From the human T2T-CHM13v2.0 reference genome, Homo sapiens: a DNA stretch of 64,000 bases. Location of the stretch: the NCBI RefSeq assembly GCF_009914755.1, contig NC_060939.1. One strand, written 5' to 3'. Below the pieces are notes generated by a model. It did not search any database. It was given only the letters and a program-made list of their open reading frames with translations, and had not been told where the DNA came from. Both the position numbers and the translations under genes were made by a program. Of the stretch, positions 15,373 to 28,659 are shown one piece after another. The number at the start of each line of letters is the position of its first letter. Within the stretch, counting starts at the first letter, position 1.

Positions 15373-16409
15373 AAACAGTTTGAAGGAGGTGATGGGCAGG
15401 ATAAGAGGAGCATCTGTAATTTCACCTTTCTCCGCCTCCTTTTCTCAGAGCCCCTCTTCTTGGGCCTGCGATTCCTCACCTGGAAGGGAGAAGAGTGGAC
15501 TTCCTGCCTAGAGAACACCTTGGTAAACTCTTTGTGGTTCCTGTCATGAGAAGGTGTGCAGCTTAGGGAAAAAGCCTGTGAGCTCTGGAATCAGATGGAA
15601 CTGGATATGAATTTCCATTTAGTGCTTGTTGGATTAAATGTGATGCTAGTAAGTACACATGCCTAGTTGCTGCTCAAGAAATGGAGCTATTATTATTTAC
15701 ATCATAATTTGAACTTCATTCATTCAACCCATACCGATGAGCAGCCACAGGCCCTCCTTCCACAGGGCTTACCTTCAGAAAGTTCCACGTGTCCCTTACT
15801 TTCTGGTAGGCACATTCATGGGCACGTACCGTGCTAAGGACCAGGGACCTGGAGATGAAGACAGTCCTGTCCACTGAGGGGTTCACATCTTTCCATAAAA
15901 CGTTCTGACCCCCCTGTTTCTTTCTTCTCATCTCCTCCTCCAATCCCCCCTGGGCTGGGGCACCTCCTCTGCACTGTCTCTCTGGAAGCAGAGAGGAGTT
16001 TCCAACCTCCTCCAGTCCCCTGCCAGGTATCCTGAGCCTGAGAGCTCCTCAGAGCATTGTCTGCAGTTACCTCCTCACTTACAGCCCAGACTGAGATACT
16101 CACACTTGTGATTGCCCAGGTGGAGGGGAGAGGTCAAACTCTTCCCATGGCCTCCTTTCTCCTCTGTGAAAACTCCAGATCTTTGCTCCTGATTTTTTTT
16201 AGTGTGTACCCTTTTGTATTTCAGCTTCTCCCAGCCGAAAGAATAAAACTGGTAAGAGGAAGGGAAATGCAGCCTCAGTAAGGAGGCCTCCATTCTGGAA
16301 GGGCTTCCCAGGCCCAGAGAAGGGAGAAAGTAATTTGGAACCACCCAAGTATTGGTGATGCCAGGCCTCACCCTACCCTGGGGATATTTGAATCTCAAAA
16401 AGGGAGCAT

Positions 16410-17300
16410 GGGAATCTGACAAAGCACTTGCATGTATAAAGAACTCCTCCAAATCAACAAGGCAAAAACCTCATTAGATACATAGGCAAAAACCTCAGAA
16501 GAGCCACATCACAAAGGAGCACCTCCAAATGGCCAAGAAGCATATGAAAATATGTTCAATCTCATTAGCTACCAGGGAATTCAAATTAGAACTACACCAG
16601 GATGGCTGAAAGTGCAAAGACTGACAATATCAAGGGCTGGTGGGGATGCAGAACAACTGGAACTCTCCTACGCACTGCGGAAGGGGTAAATTAATACCGC
16701 CCCTTTGGAAGAACAGTTTAGAAGCATCACTAAAGCTGAATATATTCATGCCTACTCCGGAAATCCTGAGCCCAGGTATATATCTAACAGAAGTTTGTTT
16801 ATAAAGGCACCAAAAGTCAATTACACAAGATACAAGAATGTTCATAGTAGAGCCGTTTGTATTAGTCATAAACTGGAAACCACCCAAATGCCCATCAGTG
16901 GTGAGTAGATAAATAAAGTGGGGGTAATTTAGACAATGAAAATGTGTATAGCAATGAGAATGAATAGAGCACTGTCACCTGCAACAACATGAACAAATCT
17001 CACGAAGGTGATGTTGAGTGAAAGAAGCCAGATACGTAAGACAGCACGCTCTGACGCCATTAATTTCAAGTTTGAAAACATGTAAGCCTTAAGTCTGTGG
17101 TGTTAAGAAGTCAGGACAGGGGTTGCCTTTGAGAAGGAGTGGGGCAAAAAGGGACTCTGGGAGTGCTGGTAAAATTCTGTTTCCTGATCTGGTGACAGTT
17201 ATAGGCTATGTTCACTTTGCAGAGATTTATGTTGTACATAATTGGTTAAGTTTTGCATCTTTCTGTATGCATGTTATACTTCAACAAAAAAGAAGTTTAC
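16410..17300 (+). mobile_element. Old L1 (L1MC/L1ME) 3' region
   Basis: AAATGGCCAAGAAGCATATGAAAA..ACAACTGGAACTCTC..AAACTGGAAACCACCCAAATGCCCATCA..ATGTTATACTTCAACAAAAA. Confidence 0.85.
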
Positions 17301-17319
17301 TTGAAAAGGAGGCAAGTAG

Positions 17320-17612
17320 AGCTGGGCATTGTGGCTCACACCTGTAATCCTAACACTTTGGGAGGCTGAGGCAGGAGGATCACTTGAGCCCAGGAGTTTG
17401 AGACTAGTCTGGGCAACATAAAAATATTTTTTTAAAGAAAATTACCTGTGTACAGTAGTGTGCACCTCTAGTCCCAGCTAGTCAGAGGCTGAGGTGAGAG
17501 GATCCCTGGAGCCCAGGTAGAGGGTGCAGTGAGCTGTGATCGCACTGCTGCCTCCAGCCTGGGCGACAGATGGAGACCCTGTCTTTAAAAGAAATTAAAT
17601 TAAAAATAAAAA
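17320..17612 (+). mobile_element. AluJ
   Basis: GGAGGATCACTTGAGCCCAGGAGTT diagnostics; A-rich tail. Confidence 0.9.
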
Positions 17613-17679
17613 GAGGACAGTAGGGGGAAAGCAGTATGGAAAGACAATGCTCAGCCCAAAGGGGTGAGTAGGGGACTCT

Positions 17680-18040
17680 GCGACTGTGTTTACTGGAATT
17701 TAGAGACAGTCTCTGGGAGGGAATGGAAGGGAAGGAAGCAGGTGGGGCAGAGGGAGAGGTGGGGTTTCAGTGCAGGCCAGCCACAGCCTCTCCAATCCCT
17801 CAATCCCTTGTAGGAGTCCTGCAGCTAGATGAGTTCCTCAGAGTCATCATGACTTGGGCTGTGATGGCCACACCTTTATACCCCAGCATTGGTCAGTCAC
17901 TGAATGTGCACTGCCCAGGAAGAGGAGGGATCTCAGGCCTGGCTGCGCTCTGCAGCTGAGGCCGTCTGAAAGGGGCTGGCCTGACTATAGCTCTCCCAGC
18001 ATGTCCCTCCTTGAAGTGGATCTGGGCGACCACCACAGGA
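17680..18040 (-). mobile_element. LTR16-like ERVL LTR
   Basis: GAAGCAGG..GGGCAGAGGGAGA..CCTTTATACCCCAGCAT..CAGTCACTGAATG..CTGCAGCTGAGG resemble antisense LTR16. Confidence 0.6.
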
Positions 18041-18749
18041 AGCCTGCCACCTGAGTTTAGAAGATTTGGTGGCCTGTAAAGATTTTTTTTCAGATCCCTC
18101 AGTCCCAGCATTCCTAGTCTGGTTAAACTCGTCCAGCGGTGCCCAGCACTCATAGGACCTGCTTTGCATCATAGCCTGCAGACAGGCTTCCCACACAGGA
18201 TCCAATGCCTGGACACACCAGAGGTCTTTGCAGTTTGCCTCTCACACCTCAGCCAAAGCCTCTCCTTGGCCTGGACTCATTTGGTGAAATCCAGCTATCC
18301 TGTAAGACTTGAGAGTCACCTCCTCCAGGAAGCTCTCCCAGATCTTGCCCCTTCTCCCAGGAAGGCTGGGCCCTTGCTCTTCTGAGTCCCCTCCAAGCAC
18401 CCTAGCACCCTGCCTTTTATAAAACTCTCATCACACTCTTTGTTTACCTGCTGGTAGAAGTAGACTGAGATCAAGAGATGCCTTGTCACTCCTGATCACT
18501 GACACTGCACAACAGTGACAACAATTCTGATGGCTGCCATGTACTGAGCTTTTCCAGCCAGGCTGGCATTTGCTGTGCACATCCATGCCTGAATTTACTA
18601 AATCCCAACAACCAACCAACCCTGTGAGGTCAGAGTAGCTACCTTATAAAGCAGGCATGATTGCCCACAATCACACAGCCACTAACTATCAGAGTTAGCA
18701 CACACGTGGGAGTCAGTTTGAAGTCCTGGTATCCTCTGGAAATGGTGGT

Positions 18750-18918
18750 CGGGGAAGGAGGGGAGAAAAGGGAAGGGAGGGGTGGGGAAGGAAAGAGAGG
18801 GAAAAAGGAAGGAAGAAGGAGCGAGAGAAGAAGAGAGAAAGGAAGGGAGGGAGGGAGGGAAAGAAGGAAGGAAAGAAGGAAGAAAGGAAGGAAGGAAAGA
18901 AGGAAGGAAAGGAGGTAG
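18750..18918. repeat. GA-rich / (GGAA)n polypurine tract
   Basis: Directly visible. Confidence 0.92.
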
Positions 18919-21329
18919 GGCTTTCCATCCATGGCCCTGAGGACTATCAGAGTCCTCAGGCCCATTGGAAGCTGTTTCACATTTGAAGAGGGACTCATGA
19001 AACTATGGCAAGCTGCTGAGTGGGAGAGGGCAGTCCCCCAGCCCCTCCCTGAGCCCCGCCCATCTCTGTGTTTCCAGAACCTCTTGCTCTCCCTGGGATC
19101 CTGGCCTGGGGAAATGCAGTCCTCAAATCAAAGCCTGCCTGTGGGAGCAGGTTCATGGGCCAGATCTAGAGCAGGGGCAGGCTTAGTTCACAGTTTTAAT
19201 CCTGATGTTTACTTTCTTTCTTTCCATTCCTAGTGGCTCCCTTTGAAGAACTGCCTTGGGGTTCATGTTGCAGCATCAAACAGGGATGGAAGATGCATCT
19301 TGCTTTAGCAGCAGGAGCCTGGAAAGCAGCTGAAGCCCTGGAGGGTGCCTGGCACACAGAATCTTGTGCTGAGCCCGGAGCACAATGGGAGTGGGCTGGC
19401 GGGGTGGGTTCACAGCTGGACTGGGAGCAGCAGACATACAGGCCGTAGGCACAGACATATAAAGACAGTCATGCAGATTGCAGGATGCCTGAGAGCACAG
19501 ACTCTCACATGCACAAATACGTGCATGATCGCCAGTGTGCATCCAGACAGCCCCACATGCATGCACACGCATGCACACATGTGATGTGTACATAGATGGA
19601 CACATGTCTATGCCCACAAACACTGCAGAGACACAGAAGTGTCTGGCAAGGAACACTATTTTGTCCTCAATTTTCTGCCAGTGAGAGTCTACTGACTCCA
19701 TCTCTGAAATGTCTCTACTTATTGTCCCTCTTCTCCACCTGCACCACATCCCTAGTCCCTGAAACTCCCACCGAGACCCCTGGGCAATAGCAAAGTCTGC
19801 ACAGGATTCCTGCTCCGCCTCTACCCCACCCTTAAGCCCATCCTACATGCAAGAGCAGGAGTTATCTGGGTATCAAGCAAATCTGACCACATCACCTCCC
19901 CACTGCTTAAAACCCTTTCCTACAGGATGAAGTTGAAATCACTTGACATCCCATATAAGGCCCTTGATTGTCTGGCATCAGCCATAGTCTGGCCTCAGGC
20001 CCTGGCATGGAGTCCCCTGGACTCAGTGCTCTGGCTGAGGGCCTCCAGGATGAAGATACCCTGTGCAAAGCCTCACACTTTTGCTGTTGCTGGGCTCACT
20101 GTGTGAAATTCCCTCCTCCCTCCTTCCACCTTCCCTATGCTGAACTGCCACTCCTCCATCCTCCATGGCCAGCTAAGCCAACACCTCCCCACTTCCTCCT
20201 GACAACCCAGGCACAGCCACTGACCTGTCCCATGGCTGTCACAGCCCTTTCTTGGGCTCTCAATGGTATCATTGTCACCTGTGTGCTCATGAGCCTCTGC
20301 CACTCAACTCCAAGCACATCAAATAAAGAGCTCAAAACATATCGGATACTCAACAAATTTCTGGGTATGAGTGAATGAATGAATTAGTCTGTAAGACAGG
20401 ATCACACTAGGTGATTGTTCTGGCTACAGAACCTGGGCATGTCCTGTATGTAACTCCTATGATCTCAGCCTCCACATAGGTAAAAAAGGGCTCTCTATCT
20501 CCTGGCAGAATCTATGGTTCAGACCATGGAGATGTATATAAATAACTGAGCTGAACGGCTAACATGGTGGGCGCTCCACAGATGACAGCCATAGTTACTG
20601 TCTTTAACTTCTATTTTTATTTCCAGTGAAGTCTTTCCACTCATGTTTCTTAATTCTCCATCTCCCTCACTGCCTATCCAGTTCAGTGCTGGACTCCTGG
20701 AACCAGCTCATTGAAGGTGCATTGTCGGATTGATCAGCTGAATGGCTTCTTAAGGCTTGTTTCCAACCTGAGAACTCTGAGCTGAGTACTGTTCTTCCTC
20801 CCTCCCAGCCTCCCCTGAGACTGAAAGCTGAGAGCCATACAGAGATCACTCCTCTTCCAGGCTCCAGAAGCTGAACATCTGCTCCGTTTGGAGTTCTATG
20901 CACTGAGCTGAGTTAGGACCTGGGGGGACAGGAACAGCTGAGCCTTTCTGCTCCAAAAGGCAGAGTCATTTCAGCCAGCCACCCAGCAGCTGCCTAGCCC
21001 CTCCCAGACACCCCCAGGGATGCTGCACATGTGGCTAGGGTTCCCATAGGAACCTCTGTGGAGACCTGCCATCCCTGCTTCCCCACATCTCCTTTTGGAC
21101 TCGTGAGAGAGGTTAGGAAGAGGAGGGGAGGGGAAAGGACAGGACTGCCAGGCACTTTCATACACAAACACCCAGTCTCTTAATCCTCACAATAACTCTA
21201 AGAAATATGCTATTGTTATCCTTGTGGTACTGACAAGGAAATTGAGGCCCAAAGACATCTAACCCAAGTTCACCCAGGTAACAAACAAGAGAACTGGTCT
21301 GCCACCTTATCAGTTTGTACTGACACAGT

Positions 21330-21730
21330 ATCAGTCAGTACCAGCCAGGGATCTCTGGTTGCAAGCAACAGAAACCAACTCCCACTATCACAAGCAAAAA
21401 AATTGCTGAAGGACTGTGGTGCCACACCAGAAGGAAAGGAAAAGCTGAAGACACATGATTGGAAAGGACAGGAAGCAGGGCAGCGTCAGGATCTGGGTGC
21501 CAGGAACGGACCATCATTTCATTGGAATAAATAAACTTCTATTTTTAAATTCTTTTGTCTCTCCATTTAGGATTCAGGTTTTGGGAGGAAGCTGGGCCCA
21601 GTGCCACTTGTTGGCTGGAAGAGGACAGACTACTGTAATTGACAGTCCTACCAAGCCTATATTCAATGGGATAGGGACTGCCCCTCCCTCCAAATTGGGA
21701 TGCTGTTTCCAGAAGAAAGGGGAATGAATC
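21330..21730 (-). mobile_element. Old MLT1 LTR, antisense
   Basis: TCTCTGGTTGCAAGCAACAGAAACCAACTC is the reverse complement of the MLT1 3' end. Confidence 0.6.
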
Positions 21731-22097
21731 CTAGGCAGGCGGAATCCCAAGCTCACCTGACTGCACCATGCTGTGATGGGCTGCAGGGTGGGACAGTTTC
21801 TATGGCTCTCTCTAACGGAACTAGACCCACTCAGGAGGCAGCAGTGGTTAGAAGATGGGTACTGGGAAGAAGGAAGCTGGAAGTGATGGTCTTCGTTTTT
21901 ATGGGAACAAAATGCATTTACATCTCAATGTTAACCACCCTGTTAACTGACCTCTCACATCCCAATACTATCTCTCTCTTTTTCTCTTTACCCAGTATTG
22001 AATTCCCAGGATCCCAGAGAATTATTAGTCACCAGCCTTGATTGGTAGAAAGAGTCCTAGTCACCTTCTAATATTCTATATGATTTACTTTTGTTAA

Positions 22098-22228
<131 letters not shown>

Positions 22229-23389
22229 CATGTTGTTTATTGCATGACTCCCCTGTCCCCTGTCCCCTTTAGAGTGTAAGATCCAGGAGGGCAGTGATTT
22301 TCTCCTGTTTGTTCACTGCTGTCTCCCCAATGCCTAAAAGAAGTGACTGGCACAGAGCAGGTGCTCAATAAATATTTGCTGAATGAATGAGGAGGTACCA
22401 ATCTCTTCAACAGGCATTTGGGATGCAATGATGAACCAGAAGACAGATCCTGACCTCATGGAATTTATAGCTTCCATGACTTTAGTGAGACAGAAACAAT
22501 TACAAAAACATGTAGCAAAAGAACAAAACTAAAATAATGAAAAATTGTGAAATATATTTTGAAGGAAACACACAAAGGTTTTAAAAAACAGAACTAAGAG
22601 GGTAGGAAACTACTTAAGATATGGCAGTCACAGAAGGAAAGAAGGCCTCTCTCAAGCAACTTTTAAATGGAGACCTGAAGGGTGAGAAGGTGCTGACCAC
22701 AAAAAGTGTGAGGGCCGCTTCTTCCAGGCAGAGGAAAGAGTATGTACAAAGGCCCTGAGGCTGGAAATAACTTGGTATGTCTGAGGAGCTGGACTGTGAA
22801 GGCCAGTGTGGTTGGAGCTTAGTAAGCAAGGGCTAGAGGCCTACAGGCTGAGGATGGAGAGTGTGCCAGGCGCTGGGTTGACAGCCCCTTACAGGCGATG
22901 GCATGGAGCTTGGATGGCATTCTGGATACATTGGGAAGCTATCAAATGGTTTTTAACATTCGTGCTTGACCCCATTTGCATTTCAAGCTGATCATTCTGG
23001 CTACTGGGTGGAGAATGCATGGAGCTAGGGAGTGGGGGACCAGTTCGTAGGCAACTGTTGTGGTCCAGACTGGGGCTGAACTCAGGTGGCCAAGGCTCAG
23101 AGGACAGTGGAAACTTTTGAGTCACTTCTCAGTTATAGTCTCCATGACAGGTGCTATCATCAGGCTGGATGGTATCACCCTCCAGGGGCCACAAAGGCAC
23201 CCCCCCTTACCAGCCCACTCCCAGCCTGTGGGTGATGGATAGACCAACTCATGGTCTGGCTAGGCCCTGGGCCTAAATGACAGGTGACGGATGGGGTTGG
23301 AACTAAACGCTCTGAGCCATGTGGCCAATGCACTGTTCCAAGGAAGACTTTGGAGGCAGGAGTTAATTTAAAGAAAGGAGTAGGGGAGC

Positions 23390-23680
23390 TCAATATCGCT
23401 TCCTCCACTGCTCAATTAGTGGAGAGAGCTGCAGGGAGCTGGAATTGTAAAGACCCCCTTAATCATCTCTGTCTGCCTGGCAGCGTGCAGGAGTGTGGCA
23501 GGGATAATTGCACCTACCCATTAACAAATGCAATTAAGGCGCCTGGGCCTCTAGCACCCCCTTCTCCAATTAAACAGCAGATGAGGGGCCCGTGGGGGTG
23601 GGCTTTAAGATGAATCACTTGAAGCTGGAAACTTGGAGCCTGGAAGTCTGGACAGAGAGGCGATTAGAGATGATAAAATC
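23390..23680. promoter_or_regulatory. Candidate enhancer (homeodomain/E-box cluster)
   Basis: Repeat-free island with CAATTA x3, TAATCA, ATAATTG, CATTAA, GATTAG and CAGATG; motif evidence only. Confidence 0.4.
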
Positions 23681-26509
23681 GTGATGGGGAAGGAGAGACT
23701 CATATCCAATACCGGCCTGCTCCAGCTTGAGGCCCAACCCACAGTTGGGCAGATATTCTTTGGGACAAATTAGAAGAAGTTCTGCTTCACACATAAGAAA
23801 GTCAATATTTAGAACCCACCAACAACCACTTCCAGCCAAGTGCTTCCCCTTTGCCAAGGACACACTCACTGAGTGTCTAGATACAGGTGAAGACCTGAAT
23901 AATTCATTTTGATGAGAAACCGTGAGGTCTGGGTATGTTGGCAGGGAGGGTCCAGGAAGGCACGTTCTTGTCCTGTGAAGGGGGATGGGGGTGGAGGAAG
24001 GGGACTTCCATTTGTGGGCACCTCTAATATGCCAGGCCTTGTGCTCCCTCCCTTTCCATATGGCATATCCTTTAATTTAATCCAGATCCCACCAGCCTCA
24101 CACAACAACCACGATCTCTTCATTGCAGTGATGGAATAGAAGTTTGGAGAGCTCAAGAACCTTGTCTAAGATCACATAATTAGCAGGTGGTGGAGCTGGT
24201 GGAGCTGGGATTTGAACCCTGGTCTATGTGGCTTCCAATAGGCCACTCCCCTATGCTGAGATGCTTTGAAATTGCAACTGTCAAGATCTTGCCCCTTGTG
24301 CATTTTGATGCCCCCATGAGGGTGGACTCAGGGCAACATTTCAGATGTTATTCCCAAATCTCTCCCTGCTCCCCTTGGCTGAATCCCTGAACTTCTGAAA
24401 CAAGGCCTGTCTGTGGTTCCTGTTGTGGCCTTGAGGTAGGATTTGACAAGTTGTCAAGTCCCGAGGTGCTGACCAACATGCTCATCTCAAGCTGAAATAA
24501 TAAAATAAAAAATCTCTCCTACCTTAATTGCCTCTCCCTATTCTCTTTATGCGTTTCACCAATTACAAATGCTATGAATCATTATACATGTGTGGATCAT
24601 CACTTTCATTTAGCATCTCCACCGAAGCTCCAGGTGCTGAAGTGCATAATTGAAAAGCTCCACGATTTAAGTTTGCAAAGAGGAGGCTCAGCTCCTCTGA
24701 ACGTCACAGTGTGCAGGTCTCCCCTGCTGGGGCCTAGACAGCAGCCAGGAGGTGACAGCCTGCATCTGCCCGAGAACCCAGCCACACCAAATGAGTGCTG
24801 AAGTAGTTCTGCTTTTGCCCAGGGGAGCTCAGGCAGTGAGTAATATGTTTCTTAATTCCCAATTCCCCCATCTTATTTCCTTGGGAACTTTGCTTTTTTA
24901 TTATTTTTTATTTTATTTTATTTTATTTTGTTGCTACTGTTTTCCTCTGTGGCTTCAGAGAGCAACAAAAGTCACTGGGTTGCCATCTGCTAGTTAACCC
25001 CTTCCTTCAAGACCTTCCTGAGCTAACTCCAGGACACCTGTTCCTTTCTGCAGCCTACATTCTTCCTGAGTGTAGGGCTCTCCCAGGTCTGCCTCACTCA
25101 CTTCTGACTCCATAAAAGCTCCCATAAGATGGAAGGAGAAAGGGGCAGAGATGACCAGCTGCAGCTTGGCCCAGGTGAGGAATGAGCTGCCTGTCTTTAA
25201 CAGCAGCTAGGCTCTATCCTAGCTGCCAGAGGGAGGGCTGTGTCTTCTCCTGCACCCCCATAACCTCTATGACATTGCTGGGCATTTAGACATGGCCATG
25301 GAGTCCTTCCTCTCTCCTCCCCTCCTTTCTTTCCCAAGCATTTCCCAAATGTCTACTATGAGTCTGCCTAAGTCCAGGGGCTGAGGACTGAGCAATAAAT
25401 AAACCTGCTCCCTGTCCAGTAGGAGAGACACTCCAGTAAGAAACATATAGTAATAAATACAATGTGAGAAGTTTTTCCATAGATGGAGGAGCAAAGACTT
25501 CTCTCTGGGAGCAGGGAGGAGGGAATACTGATTCAGCTGGGAGAGGCAGGCATTTGCATTCAGTCTTGAAGGCTGAATAGGGCAGGGTAGGCACAGTGAT
25601 TCCAGGTACGGGAAAAGCCTAAGCCAAGTAAAGAAAGGCACAAAAGACATGGCATGTTCCATGCCACCTGGGCCCTGCTGCTTCCAGGGCCCTCGAATCA
25701 TCAGAGTTTCATAGAGCCAGCCCCAAAGGGGAGGATGGCTCTACCCCCTCAGATGTCAGCCCCTTGAGCCAGATGGGAGCGCTCAAGGGCTCGGACACAT
25801 GCCCCTCCACTTCTAGTTAGGTTGGAGTGGAGGTGGGGAGGCCACAAGACACCTGGACTGAGGCCAGCATTCCAGATTCAGGGAGTGCCCTTGGCACACA
25901 CATCTTGGATGACAACCTACTTCTAGCATAGTCTGGCCAAAAGTAAGGATGCGAATGCACGCACGTATACACACACAAAAACACATACACACACAGAAGC
26001 TGTGGGCACAGCTCCCTGGACCATCTCACTGCCACCCTCCTGCCCTTCCATGAGCAGGTTCCCCTTCACACCAAACTGAGCACCACCAATCACCTGATGC
26101 CAAACAGATGGCGGGAAAGAGTTCTTGCTCTGAGTGGGGATGGCGGCAAGGTCACTGCTGATGCGTGAGGGGCTGGGCTGCAGGGCAGTGAAAAATCAAT
26201 GGATCACTTCCCTCTCGTCACTTTTCTGCCACAGATTGAGCTGAAAGATAGTTCAGCTTGGAGCTGAGAAGCAAAGTCTGTAAGGTTTACTCTCTCATAC
26301 CTTTTTATTTTCCCTCTTCTTTTCACTTTCTCAATTTTCAACCTCCATTCACTCTTCTCTTTCTCCTCTACTCCATCTTCTCTTTCCTTTGGTGCGGGGA
26401 GGAATGGGGATGATGAGGGGACTATGGGTGATGGGAAAAAAGAAAAGCAGCCCCTGTCATTTAGAAGCTGGCCTGACCCTTGCAGCTAAGCCATGCTATT
26501 CTCCTCTTG

Positions 26510-26995
26510 GATCTAAACAATCTCACAGCATACCAGCCTCAGACAGATTAACTCCGAGGCCAAGATAAAATGAAATGAAGCAAGGTGACTTCATAATTTT
26601 ACCTAAGGTCAGACAAGAATGAGGTCACTCTGCCACCCACAAAATACCAAGTAGCCCCTCTCTTGGCCAAGATGAATGACTGCTACTTCTTTTCTATTTC
26701 AACTTTATCTTCATTCTAGTCTTTCCCATAGTCCCTAGAAATGAGATTTATTGAGATACCCAATCATAGAATTGCCCCTGCTTACTGACAGCATCCAATC
26801 TAGAGTAACCTTCACTTCCTTGGACCCCTTCCCAAGTTGTCCCATCAAAGCCAAGATTCTATAATCAATTCTAATATCCTCTCTTGGAGAGAACACACCC
26901 CATGGTTTCCCATGCTGTGCCTTCTCCCTCTCTGCAGTAAGCGATAAACCCAACTGGTTTAACTGTGTTCCTGGCAGTCTTTGGTAAATTACAGG
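26510..26995 (+). mobile_element. ERV1-class LTR (MER67/MER31-like)
   Basis: GATTTATTGAGATACCCAATCATAGAATTGCCCC..GACAGCATCCAATCTAGAG..ATAAACCCAAC..TGTGTTCCTGG..GTCTTTGG. Confidence 0.6.
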
Positions 26996-28044
26996 ACACT
27001 GGCAAAATTGGAGGTCCCACCAAGATTCACCTGAGACTTTCATAGCTTTAACCAGGACCCTGACTCAGTAACAGTTCACATATCGTGGAGGGGCGGGCCT
27101 CAGGCACTGGTATGTTTTAAAGCTCTGTAGGTAATTTTAAAAGGCAACCTGGGTTGGGAGTTGGTGGGGAACAAGTTGCTTTAAGAGTCTCTGGTGAGGG
27201 TCAGAGGGCAATGCCTCTAAATCACTGAGTTCGGGACCTGGCCCATGGTGCCCAGTCATTGTTGTTGGCTTCTGTGACTTATTCACTCTGCTGTCCCTCT
27301 CAATAAGCTTTTGTTGAATGAAAAATGTAATAGGTCTCAAACCATGCTGCCATTTTCTCCCCAAACTATTTTTCCCCTGGCTCCAGTGTTCTCATGGCAC
27401 TGGAGGCTCTGATTCATCCCATCGCCCTGACCATGTCTCCCATCAGCCCCAGGCCCTGCTTCCCTCTTCAGGCAGGACCTCTTGGCACCCCTTCCTTTCT
27501 GATTCCACTTAGTAGCTTGAGGCTCTGTGGTCTTCTCTGTGCAGCTCACCATGGCCAGAACAGATCTGTCTAGATATTGGCTTGACCATGTCATGCCTCT
27601 GGCTCAGATACCCCTCATGGATCCTCATCACCCCCTAATAAAGTCCAAACCCTTGTCTTGACATTTAAGGCCTTCCATAATCCAGCCCTACCTCACGCAT
27701 GTATCATACTTAAAGGTTATACCTAGTAGCCCCATGGACATCCTTCATGCCCTCAAATTATTGTGCTTTGCTTGTGCTGGGCCTGCTACATGAAATGCCC
27801 TCCCATCATTATGTCTGTATAAAGCCTGCTCACCATTCAAATGCCAGCTCCAATGCTACTTCCTCCATCCCTCATTGCCCATACTAAAAGGGACTGCTGC
27901 CCCTTTATGATCTAAAACTATCCTCTTTAAAAAACAAACAAACAACAAACAAAAAACTCACTTGTGACCCTTTATCACATGTTAACCTGAATTGTGACTA
28001 TCTTTATTCACCTTTGATCTATGTGGGATGGGAGCCATTCCATA

Positions 28045-28270
28045 CCAGTAGGTTAAGAATCTAGGCTTCGGAATCAGGAAACCCTGGGATTGTAATCCTA
28101 TTCCCTCCTGTTAACTAGTTCAGTGACCTTGGGCAAGTCTCTTAACATTTTTGAACCTCAACTTCTCATTCACAATGAGGGGAGCCTGATAGGGTTATGG
28201 CGAGAAGTACATGAGATAATCACATGTGTTGAATGCCTTGCACAGAATGTGGCGGATATAATAGTTATTA
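28045..28270 (+). mobile_element. MIR
   Basis: GTGACCTTGGGCAAGTC..CCTCAACTTCTCAT core. Confidence 0.75.
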
Positions 28271-28311
28271 TAATTACAATAAGAATAGTTATCATTGCTA
28301 GGTTGAAGTCT

Positions 28312-28480
28312 CCTAGAGGAGGGTGCCTCAACTTTAGTGTGCACACAAATCACCTGGGGATCTGGTTAAAATCCAATGTGATTCAGGAGGTCTGGGGTGG
28401 GCCTGAGATTCTGCATTTCCAACAAGCTCCCAGGTGGTGCTGATGCTGCTGGTCCAAGGATTACACTTGGAATAGCAAAG
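28312..28480. mobile_element. MER5A MITE
   Basis: AATCACCTGGGGATCT..GGTCTGGGGTGGGCCTGAGATTCTGCATTTCCAACAAGCTCCCAGGTGGTGCTGATGCTGCTGGTCC. Confidence 0.88.
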
Positions 28481-28659
28481 TCCTAAAGAGCAAGGCTCAT
28501 GTCTAGTGTAGCAATATCTCTCTTGCAGGATCTAGCATGGTTTCCTGCACAGAGTAGGGACACCACCATTTTTTTAAATGAATGCATCGTCTTGATGATG
28601 GTAGGGATGGTATTGCACATAGCCTTCTTTGCTCGGAAGATCACACACACACTGCATAC

